From: an uncultured Erysipelotrichaceae bacterium | Lineage (GTDB): Bacteria > Bacillota_I > Bacilli_A > Erysipelotrichales > Erysipelotrichaceae | DNA: 64,000 nt | Reading direction: 5' to 3' | Assembly: GCA_964399545.1 (NCBI GenBank) | Contig: CAYNRG010000004.1 | Span: 16,735-80,734, forward strand | In this document: piece after piece, positions 46,144 through 53,704 of the stretch | How positions within the stretch are numbered: position 1 is the first letter of the stretch | How the letters are laid out: every line of letters begins with the position of its first letter | Made by a program: the position numbers and the translations under genes | The notes under the pieces: generated by a model | What the model was told of the DNA's origin: nothing | What the model saw: only the letters and a program-made list of their open reading frames with translations | The model's database searches: none

Positions 46144-46926
46144 ATGAAAAAGCTAAGGATGAAGAATAAAATCTTATGGACAGTACTTTTAGGGAGTTTG
46201 TTGAGTGGTGGGATTTTGATTACTTTACATCAAACTAAAACAGAAATGGAACAGATGGTAGAGATTCCAGTGGCTTTTAGAAAGATTTCTTCAAGGGAGA
46301 TGATTCAGGAAGAAGATATTGTAATGATTTCGATTCCCAAATATGTGCTTTTAGAGGGAGTTATTATGAGCGAAGAGGAAATCATTGGTCAGTATATTAA
46401 ACCTTATCACTCTGTTGTTGAAAATTCCTTATTTTATAAAGATGCGGTTATTCAAAAGGAAAGAATGAATGATGTGGCTTTATTCACATTGGAGCAAGGC
46501 GAGATTGCAGTGACAATTGAAGCAGATATACAAAGTTCTTATGCTAATTCTATTTTAGTAGGTCACCAAATTGATCTTTATTATTTAGGGCAAGCTCGTT
46601 TGAAGAGCGATGTGGATAAAGTGATTATTCATGGTGAAATTGTCAAAAATGCCAGAGTTATAGCTGTGAAAGATAAAGATGGTCTATCTATAGAAGGCAA
46701 TCAAGAGTTAAAAACAGCAATGATTGTTGTAGCGTTGTCAAAAGAAGACGGTCATCTTGTAGAGATAGCAAAGGCCTTAGGGAAAGTAACACCAATCATT
46801 TCTTATGAAAATTTTAATGAGGGAGAAGAAAGTCAATATTACGACATAGAAAAGATGAAAAATATTCTGTTTGGTAATTCCTTGGATGTAACTATTGAAT
46901 CCATCAATGGAGATCAAGATGAATAG
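46144..46926 (+). CDS. CpaB/RcpC-like Flp pilus assembly protein (N-terminal TM, SAF-like domain)
   Basis: A TM anchor followed by a V.IPVA.R.I....I..ED.....IP pattern typical of SAF/CpaB. It sits immediately before the secretion ATPase. Confidence 0.6.
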   Translation: MKKLRMKNKILWTVLLGSLLSGGILITLHQTKTEMEQMVEIPVAFRKISSREMIQEEDIVMISIPKYVLLEGVIMSEEEIIGQYIKPYHSVVENSLFYKDAVIQKERMNDVALFTLEQGEIAVTIEADIQSSYANSILVGHQIDLYYLGQARLKSDVDKVIIHGEIVKNARVIAVKDKDGLSIEGNQELKTAMIVVALSKEDGHLVEIAKALGKVTPIISYENFNEGEESQYYDIEKMKNILFGNSLDVTIESINGDQDE

Positions 46927-47947
46927 TCAAGGATTTAATCATGTAGATTTTGGAGACTTACAGCAATTTTTAGATTATCCAGATGTTACCGATGTATCTT
47001 GTAAAAATGATGGAGAAGTTTGGTTAACATCGAATGAAAGAGGTCATTATTTATCTGATGTGAAGGTTTATGAAAAGGAAGTAATGCGAATTGCAAGCCA
47101 AATTGCTAATAAAATGCAAAAAGAATTTAATCCAGCAAATCCTAATCTAGAAGGAGATATACAAGGAAAAGAGGAAGATTATCGAGTGGGATGTGTCCAT
47201 CGTCATCTATCTCCTTTTGGAACTACATTGGTAATTAGGAAAGTTCGGAAGAAGTTATTCCTCTCCTATAGTCAATTATTAAGGGACAAAAGTATATCAA
47301 AAGAGGCTTTACATTTATTAATCTTAGCTGTTAAATCTGGAATGAATATGATTTTTATTGGTGAAACTGGCAGTGGAAAAACAGAGTTATTAAAATTTTT
47401 ATCACAATATATTCCAAAAGAGGAAGTTGTGGTGACTATTGAAGATTCTATGGAGTTTAATTTAAATCAACTAATTTCAGATCTTTCTTGTACTGCTTTC
47501 CATCTTCGAGAAGGAGTGACGTATCAGCAGATTGTTGCAATGAGTCTAAGGTTGAATGTCCAAAGAATTTTACTTCAAGAGGCTCGAGGAGAAGAGGTGG
47601 ATGATCTATTAGATGCAATGTCTACTGGGCATACGGTTATGACTACTATGCATGCACGCTCTGTTGAAACTGTGTGTTCAAGAATTAAACAAATGCTAAA
47701 GTCTAGTCAAGAGAGCTATGATCATTTACAAGCAAGAGTATATGGGTTAGTGGATTTAGTAGTTTTTATGGAGAAGGAAAAAACTAAAAAGGGAACGCAT
47801 AGGAAAGTAAAGCAAATTGCTCGGTATCAATATTTTTCAAAAGAAAATAGATGGGAATGTAACTTAGTGTATGACTATAATAAGAAACTTTTCCCCATGT
47901 CTTCCGACTTCATTCAAAAATTAATAAAAGGGAAAAGATATGATTGA
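46919..47947 (+). CDS. TadA/CpaF-like secretion ATPase (T2SSE/VirB11 superfamily), short form
   Basis: Walker A GETGSGKTE, Asp-box/Walker B (..RILLQEARGEE..), His-box (..TGHTVMTTMHA..). The start is set at ATG 46919 behind ggag, overlapping the cpaB-like stop. Confidence 0.8.
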   Translation: MNSQGFNHVDFGDLQQFLDYPDVTDVSCKNDGEVWLTSNERGHYLSDVKVYEKEVMRIASQIANKMQKEFNPANPNLEGDIQGKEEDYRVGCVHRHLSPFGTTLVIRKVRKKLFLSYSQLLRDKSISKEALHLLILAVKSGMNMIFIGETGSGKTELLKFLSQYIPKEEVVVTIEDSMEFNLNQLISDLSCTAFHLREGVTYQQIVAMSLRLNVQRILLQEARGEEVDDLLDAMSTGHTVMTTMHARSVETVCSRIKQMLKSSQESYDHLQARVYGLVDLVVFMEKEKTKKGTHRKVKQIARYQYFSKENRWECNLVYDYNKKLFPMSSDFIQKLIKGKRYD

Positions 47948-48812
47948 AGGAATTATTCTTATCAGCGTATTCCTTTTAGTTTGGGTTTTAATTGGTGGGG
48001 AAAGAGCGGATATTGAAAAGTTAGTAGAGAATAGAGTTGTTCAGGAAACGATGGAGCTATCTTATTTTGGTCAAGAGAAGAAATTGGTCAATATTGGAAG
48101 AAAATATTCTTTAAAACAATACTTCCGAGATAGTTTTAAATTGCTTGTCTTTTTTGGCTTTTTAATCTATAGAACAGTAGATGATCTTTATTTGTCACTT
48201 TGGATATGCGGTGTTATTATCTTTTTTTGGCCATACCTTTATTGCCTAAAAGTCATGAATGAAGAGCAAAGGAAAAAAGAGGAATCAGCATTCATTTATA
48301 GTCAGTCCATCTTAGTTTATCTAAGAGAAAATCGAGTGTCGCAGCAGATTCTTTATCAATGTGTAGAGGTGTTAGAGGGAGCATTTAGAACGGATATTGA
48401 AAAAATGATTTCAGTTGTTGAGCAATCCAATCAATTTTCAAAAGGGCTGAAAATGTTGGAAGATAAGTATCCCTATTCAATGATAAAAAATGTTCATATC
48501 TTACTCTTGGGAAAGAAGGATCAAGGTTCGAGCTATCTTAGTCTAGTAGACTATCTTCAGCAAAGCATAGAAAATCATGAAATTTTGCTAAGAGAATTTT
48601 ATAGAAAGAAAGAAACAAATGAAAAGATGTTCTTTATTATTTGTGGATTAAACTTCATTGCGATATCGATGATTATTAAATTCTTTGTAGGTACATCAGA
48701 GATGAGCCTGGGTATAGGGATTAAAATAGTGTTATCTTGTTTTTATTCTTTAAATTTAATAACTATTGTCCTATATGAACGTTGGTGTTTGACTAAAAAT
48801 CACTTAGATTAG
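47940..48812 (+). CDS. TadB-like inner-membrane platform protein (T2SSF-like)
   Basis: An N-terminal TM helix, a central soluble helical region and C-terminal TM helices. It overlaps the ATPase gene by 8 nt. Position and topology fit TadB; there is no HMM confirmation. Confidence 0.5.
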   Translation: MIEGIILISVFLLVWVLIGGERADIEKLVENRVVQETMELSYFGQEKKLVNIGRKYSLKQYFRDSFKLLVFFGFLIYRTVDDLYLSLWICGVIIFFWPYLYCLKVMNEEQRKKEESAFIYSQSILVYLRENRVSQQILYQCVEVLEGAFRTDIEKMISVVEQSNQFSKGLKMLEDKYPYSMIKNVHILLLGKKDQGSSYLSLVDYLQQSIENHEILLREFYRKKETNEKMFFIICGLNFIAISMIIKFFVGTSEMSLGIGIKIVLSCFYSLNLITIVLYERWCLTKNHLD

Positions 48813-48820
48813 GAGGCTTG

Positions 48821-49582
48821 ATGGGAGTGTTGATTATTTTATGTTGCTTTGGGATTTCTTTTCTATGGACAATGGATCATTATCAGATTAATCAGGAAAT
48901 TCATTGGATAGAAAGTTTGATTATCGAGAAAGATTATTTTAGGATGATTCAATTAACAACAGAGAAAACAAGAAGGAAAGCTCTTATGGAGAGGTTGATT
49001 GTCTCTTTTATTGGTGGAATATTGGCCTTTTTTATTTTTGATGGAGAAATTCGAATTGTTTATTCTGCTATAGTTATTCTTGTTATATATAAAGGGATAT
49101 ACTTATCACTAAAAAAGAAAGTTAAAATTCAATTGGAAATTGCTAAAAATGTTTTTCCTTTCTATCTGAATAATTTATGTATTTTAATTCAAACCAATCC
49201 AGTTCCATTGGCTTTGCAAAAATCGATTCAAATGGCTCCTACTATTTTTAAAGATGATTTAGAAATCTTAGTAAAAGAAATTCATGAGGGTAAAAAGGAA
49301 AGGGTTATTCCATATTTAGAATTTGCTCAAAAGTTTGAACAGATTCCAGATTTGATGAGAATTTATAGAACACTATACTATCTTTCTGTAACTGTTGTTC
49401 AAAAGGAAATGATTTTACTATCTTTATGTAAAATCGCTAATGAAAAATTAGTAGAAGAGAGAAAGCGTAAGCTGGATAATTTTTTGGATCACCAATCGCT
49501 TGTTCCGTGGATTGCTTTTTTATGGGTGGGTCTTGTGATTATTGCTTTGTTTAATTTCGTTCATATACAAGGATTTTTATAA
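48821..49582 (+). CDS. TadC-like inner-membrane platform protein (T2SSF-like)
   Basis: Same topology class as the previous gene, with an aggagg RBS. The start codon is ambiguous (TTG 48818, ATG 48821 or GTG 48827). Confidence 0.5.
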   Translation: MGVLIILCCFGISFLWTMDHYQINQEIHWIESLIIEKDYFRMIQLTTEKTRRKALMERLIVSFIGGILAFFIFDGEIRIVYSAIVILVIYKGIYLSLKKKVKIQLEIAKNVFPFYLNNLCILIQTNPVPLALQKSIQMAPTIFKDDLEILVKEIHEGKKERVIPYLEFAQKFEQIPDLMRIYRTLYYLSVTVVQKEMILLSLCKIANEKLVEERKRKLDNFLDHQSLVPWIAFLWVGLVIIALFNFVHIQGFL

Positions 49583-49583
49583 G

Positions 49584-49946
49584 ATGAAGATGCCAGTTCA
49601 AGTTTATGGGATATTATTTGCTTTTTCTCTTTCAATTTTGGTGTTACCACAAATTTTAAACTATGCAATTTGTTATCGCCAATGTAATAGTGTTGCTATG
49701 TATTTTGTAGATGTTGTCGAGGTCTATGATGGTCTTGAAGAAAGAATAATTTATGAAAAGAAGTTGGAAATGAGTAAGAGATATCCAACAATGGAGATTG
49801 AAATTAACCGGGTAATAATTGATCAGCAATATGTTTCTTATCGCGTGGTATGTAAAAAGAAGTTATCGTTCTCCATTTTGAAATTGGATATTACCGTTCA
49901 AGCTGAAAAGCAATCCAAACGGATTGTAGACTGGAGAAGTGAATGA
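49584..49946 (+). CDS. Pilin-like/pseudopilin-like protein (120 aa) with the same Tyr8-Gly9 N-terminal register
   Basis: MKMPVQVYGILFAFSLSILVL... The ATG lies 1 nt after the tadC-like stop. The ORF-track start at 49542 lies inside the upstream gene. Confidence 0.5.
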   Translation: MKMPVQVYGILFAFSLSILVLPQILNYAICYRQCNSVAMYFVDVVEVYDGLEERIIYEKKLEMSKRYPTMEIEINRVIIDQQYVSYRVVCKKKLSFSILKLDITVQAEKQSKRIVDWRSE

Positions 49947-52528
49947 AAAAGGTTATAGGAATAGGGATAATGTGCGTACTGCTGATTAGTCCTCTTCTAG
50001 GAGAGGAAGAACAATGTAAAGCAATTTTTTTGTACTCTAGAAAAGAGTGGATGAGTCATCAAAATTTGATTGATGTTCCTTTTCAAGGAGGTAAGAACCA
50101 CTTCATTAATTCTAAAGGAGTGCAATTATCTTTAAATGTATTTGGTAGCTTTGCAAATCCAGAAATGGAAGATTCATCGTTTTTGTTGGGAGAAAGAGAA
50201 TTAATTAAAGAAGTGCAGACTAAACAGGGGGATCCTATTGTTTTTTCGATGATTTTTTATCAGAATATAAAAATAGGGGAGCTGGAGTTTGAAATGCAAG
50301 CGATTGATAAAGTGACACAGAAGGTATTGGATAAAAAAATACTTATAAATGTGTCAAGTGTAGATGACTTGTACTCCAACCCAGTCGTAATTCCTTCGAG
50401 CACATTGGGAAAAAGGGAAAAAGTTGATTTAAATAACGCAGAAGTTCGGAATGTATTTATTGCTTTTGAACCTACCCCAAATCCAGTAGAGTATCGTTTA
50501 TCTTATTTTCAAGTTAAAGACTATGCAGTTTATAAGCATATTCAATGGCAGGAAGAGGAAATAAAGAATACAGAAGTTAAACAAGTGATATGGTGTCAAA
50601 AAAACGGGAAATTTAATCCAGATGGGACAGGGAATCAATGGGTGAAAGAAGAGGAAACAGGATTTGGCCCTTCGATCCATTTAATTAGTGATTATATACC
50701 AATTATTAAGGAACAGCATTTTAATTATGATCAAGGAAGAGGATCAACTATAAAAGCCTATTCATTGCCTAAAGAATCCGTCCAGTTGGCTAATTATAAT
50801 GTAGTCATTACTGATTGGCAAACACAAGGAGAAAAGCCTTACCTGACATATTACTCTCTGTATGAAGGGAAAAAGTATAGCCCACTTTCAAAGACAGTGG
50901 GAGTACAATATATAGCAATTCCAGTTTATTGGGATGTGCGGAAAAGAACCCATTATGCATCGGTTTTATCATACAATAAAGACTGGTGTTACCATGTGAG
51001 TGGTAAAAAGGAAATTCCATGTTACAAGCATTTTGGACATTCTTCAGAGGGACGATTAAATTCATATGACATCAAAGTTAATGTTTGGGACCAAGTGGTG
51101 GATCCAGATTATCAAAAAGTAGAAAAAGCAATTTATTCCGTTTATAAAAATGGAGAGAAACAGTTTGAGATACAAGGAAAAGAGGAATTGAAGAGGTTTA
51201 AATTTAATGAAACAGGGATTTGGGAAGTGAAAGCGATTATTTATGATGGTGTGGGGCAACAAGGCGAAGTAAGATCGAAGAAATTTTATATTGACCAAGA
51301 TAAACCAAATATTGAAATTAATAGTAGTATGGAAGAACGGAAATTTAATATTAGAGTTAGTGATGACCACTCAGGGGTGAAGAGATGGTGGTACTTTGTA
51401 TCTAATGATGATGGGGAATCGTATTACTACCAAAGTGATATTTTGACAACGATTGAAGAAACCATTAGGTTAGAAAATCCAGGAGAGTACATTGTTGATG
51501 TTTTTTGTGAGGATCAAGTTGGAAATCTTCAAGAGAAAAGAAGTGAGAGAATAGAGGTTAAAGAGGAGAATATTGTACTCGATAAAGTTTTTGCTCCTGT
51601 ATATGAACAAGGAGTGGAAACTCAGCTCTATGTTCAATATCAGTGTGGTAGTTGTTCTTTTGGAAATCCACAAGAAGTAGCTATTTTTATAGGCGAAGAT
51701 AAGCTAGTTGACGATTGGATAATAACGGATGAATACCGCACTACCTACACTTATCGTACCCGAAATGAGGCTTTTGTAGATATAAGGATAGAAACAAGTC
51801 GTTGGGATAAAACCTTGCGAGTTCATGAAAAGAGTTATCGTCATAAGCAAAGTAACGATGAAGTTAATTTTGATGAAATTGTTGTTAGCTCTTTAGATAG
51901 GCTGGGGAATCAAGTTGACTTTAAAGAGAGAATTCAATTAAAGATTAATCAAGATAAAAAAACTTATTTTTCAGGAGAGGGAATGGAACAAGAAGTTCTT
52001 GTGGACTATAGGAATGAATGCACAGGGTACGAAAGTTTCAACTGTACTCCAAGTGCTTTGCAAGAAAAATGGCAAGGCAGTGCTTCAATGTGGTATGAAG
52101 ATTGTGCTTACCCATTAAATCAAGAGCGAAAAGTAGAGGACAAATATAGGACGAATCTAGAATTTGAAAATGGTAAATATCAGTTACCTATTCTATATCT
52201 TCATCCTCGAACAGGATTTGTATATGATAAAGAAACTCTAGATTTGATGGATGGTGGAAGAAGGTGGTACTCTAATCCAAAGTCATCACAAGGTGAGTAT
52301 TCAGTGGAGGCTAAAGGGGAACAGTTAGGAGTTAATCAAGTGAGTTGGATACTAAAAACAGTGTATGAGATTGACCAAAGCTATAAGGAGAAGTATCATA
52401 TTCGATTTTTCCATCAGAAAGAACCTTTTCCAAAAGGGATGAGTACATGGTGGGAGAAGAGTAAGGAATGGATAGAGAATCTTAGATTAGAAAATCCAGT
52501 TTTTTCAACTGAAATTAGGAGTGATTAG
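49943..52528 (+). CDS. Large secreted protein (861 aa), function unknown; putative pilus-associated adhesin
   Basis: ATGA overlap with the upstream gene and a hydrophobic N-terminal signal (MKKVIGIGIMCVLLISPLLG). The sequence is rich in beta-strand-prone and aromatic residues, and one Ig-like-looking segment (..NIRVSDDHSGVKRWWYFVSNDDG..) is present. No catalytic motif was recognised. Confidence 0.6.
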   Translation: MKKVIGIGIMCVLLISPLLGEEEQCKAIFLYSRKEWMSHQNLIDVPFQGGKNHFINSKGVQLSLNVFGSFANPEMEDSSFLLGERELIKEVQTKQGDPIVFSMIFYQNIKIGELEFEMQAIDKVTQKVLDKKILINVSSVDDLYSNPVVIPSSTLGKREKVDLNNAEVRNVFIAFEPTPNPVEYRLSYFQVKDYAVYKHIQWQEEEIKNTEVKQVIWCQKNGKFNPDGTGNQWVKEEETGFGPSIHLISDYIPIIKEQHFNYDQGRGSTIKAYSLPKESVQLANYNVVITDWQTQGEKPYLTYYSLYEGKKYSPLSKTVGVQYIAIPVYWDVRKRTHYASVLSYNKDWCYHVSGKKEIPCYKHFGHSSEGRLNSYDIKVNVWDQVVDPDYQKVEKAIYSVYKNGEKQFEIQGKEELKRFKFNETGIWEVKAIIYDGVGQQGEVRSKKFYIDQDKPNIEINSSMEERKFNIRVSDDHSGVKRWWYFVSNDDGESYYYQSDILTTIEETIRLENPGEYIVDVFCEDQVGNLQEKRSERIEVKEENIVLDKVFAPVYEQGVETQLYVQYQCGSCSFGNPQEVAIFIGEDKLVDDWIITDEYRTTYTYRTRNEAFVDIRIETSRWDKTLRVHEKSYRHKQSNDEVNFDEIVVSSLDRLGNQVDFKERIQLKINQDKKTYFSGEGMEQEVLVDYRNECTGYESFNCTPSALQEKWQGSASMWYEDCAYPLNQERKVEDKYRTNLEFENGKYQLPILYLHPRTGFVYDKETLDLMDGGRRWYSNPKSSQGEYSVEAKGEQLGVNQVSWILKTVYEIDQSYKEKYHIRFFHQKEPFPKGMSTWWEKSKEWIENLRLENPVFSTEIRSD

Positions 52529-52546
52529 ATTCACTCTCTTTTTTTG
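52518..52546 (+). terminator. Rho-independent terminator ending the Tad-like operon
   Basis: ggagtga-ttagat-tcactct followed by cttttttt. It overlaps the stop codon. Confidence 0.75.
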
Positions 52547-52590
52547 AAGTGCAGAACATGGTATGATAAGAGAAATAGGCGGTGAATTAA

Positions 52591-53679
52591 ATGAAGATTT
52601 TGGTTACTGGATCCAGTGGATTCATTGGAAAGAATTTATGTTTATCATTAGAGTATCAAGGGTATGAGGTTTATCGGTTTGATGTTGACAATACAAAATC
52701 GGAACTAAGAATGATGATCAAAAACTGTGATTTTATTATGCATTTAGCAGGGATTAATCGTCCACTAGCACCTGAAGAGTTTTATGATGGAAATGTTCGA
52801 TTGACACAATGGTTGGTCCAAATTATTGAAGAAGAAAGAAAAACTGTACCTCTTTTATTTAGCTCGACAATTCAAGCAGAGCAGTTTAATGATTATGGAA
52901 AAAGCAAGCGTCAAGCAGAGGAGGTTGTTTCCGAATATGCACTGAGAACAGGGAGTGATATCTTTATCTATCGGTTAGCGAATGCTTTTGGGAAATGGTG
53001 TCGCCCTAACTATAATTCTCAAGTAGCAACTTTTTGTCATATGGTAGCAAATGATTTAGATTTTAAAGTTACAGTACCTAATGCGATTGTGCCATTAGTT
53101 TATATTGATGATATTGTTCATTCATTTATGACATGTATTGGTAAGCCGGGAAGCATGGAGGTTCAAGAAGTTGATCCTACCTATAAAATCTCAGTAGGGA
53201 AGCTAGCAGATACAATTAAGTCCTTTAAAGATTATCGAGAAAATAAAAGGATTCAATATGATAAAAGCGAGTTAGAAAGAAAACTATACACGACATATTT
53301 AAGCTATGTACCAGAAGAGAAACTGATAGGATCATTAGGCTGGGAAGTAGACGCATATGATTTCTTAAAAAGTGATTCTTTTGGTAAGCTATCTATACGT
53401 TATTTACAACCAGGTGAAGTTTCTGGAAATCATTGGCATGGGAAAAGAAGTGAACGATATGTAGTAGTAGCGGGATGTGGAAAAATGAAGATGCGCCGAA
53501 TAGGGAGTGAACAAATAATTGAACATCACTTATCTAGGGAAAAGATTCAGGTTGTTGATATTCCGGTAGGTTATGTGCATTCTATTGAAAATATAGGAGA
53601 TAGTGAGCTGGTTCTTTTAGTTTGGTCTGAAGCATATGAGCATGATCGAAACAGTGATATTTTTGAAGAGCAGGTGTAG
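52591..53679 (+). CDS. CapF-like bifunctional SDR/cupin enzyme (UDP-6-deoxy-hexosamine pathway reductase/epimerase)
   Basis: N-terminal GSSGFIGKN Rossmann motif and ..YG.SK.. with GKWCRPNYNS..ATFC. C-terminal cupin region ..GNHWH.., ..VVDIPVGYVHSIENIGD... It is collinear with S. aureus CapF as remembered. Confidence 0.8.
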   Translation: MKILVTGSSGFIGKNLCLSLEYQGYEVYRFDVDNTKSELRMMIKNCDFIMHLAGINRPLAPEEFYDGNVRLTQWLVQIIEEERKTVPLLFSSTIQAEQFNDYGKSKRQAEEVVSEYALRTGSDIFIYRLANAFGKWCRPNYNSQVATFCHMVANDLDFKVTVPNAIVPLVYIDDIVHSFMTCIGKPGSMEVQEVDPTYKISVGKLADTIKSFKDYRENKRIQYDKSELERKLYTTYLSYVPEEKLIGSLGWEVDAYDFLKSDSFGKLSIRYLQPGEVSGNHWHGKRSERYVVVAGCGKMKMRRIGSEQIIEHHLSREKIQVVDIPVGYVHSIENIGDSELVLLVWSEAYEHDRNSDIFEEQV

Positions 53680-53704
53680 CTTGAGAGTCTAAATAGGAGT
53701 GGTG

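Noticed and set aside
46919-47947. The secretion ATPase as VirB11 of a conjugative type IV secretion system
   Set aside because: The window contains no VirB4/VirD4-type ATPases, relaxase, or VirB6/B8-like genes. Its neighbours are a Flp-like pilin, a SAF/CpaB-like protein and two T2SSF-like proteins, which fits a Tad system.
50498-51673. Several 60-100-aa minus-strand ORFs nested in the 861-aa gene, and similar nested ORFs elsewhere (3326-3616, 15218-15487, 16948-17438, 54152-54788)
   Set aside because: They lie entirely within longer, better-supported genes on the opposite strand. They are Ile/Phe/Leu/Asn-rich, as expected for antisense frames of AT-rich coding DNA, and have no RBS.
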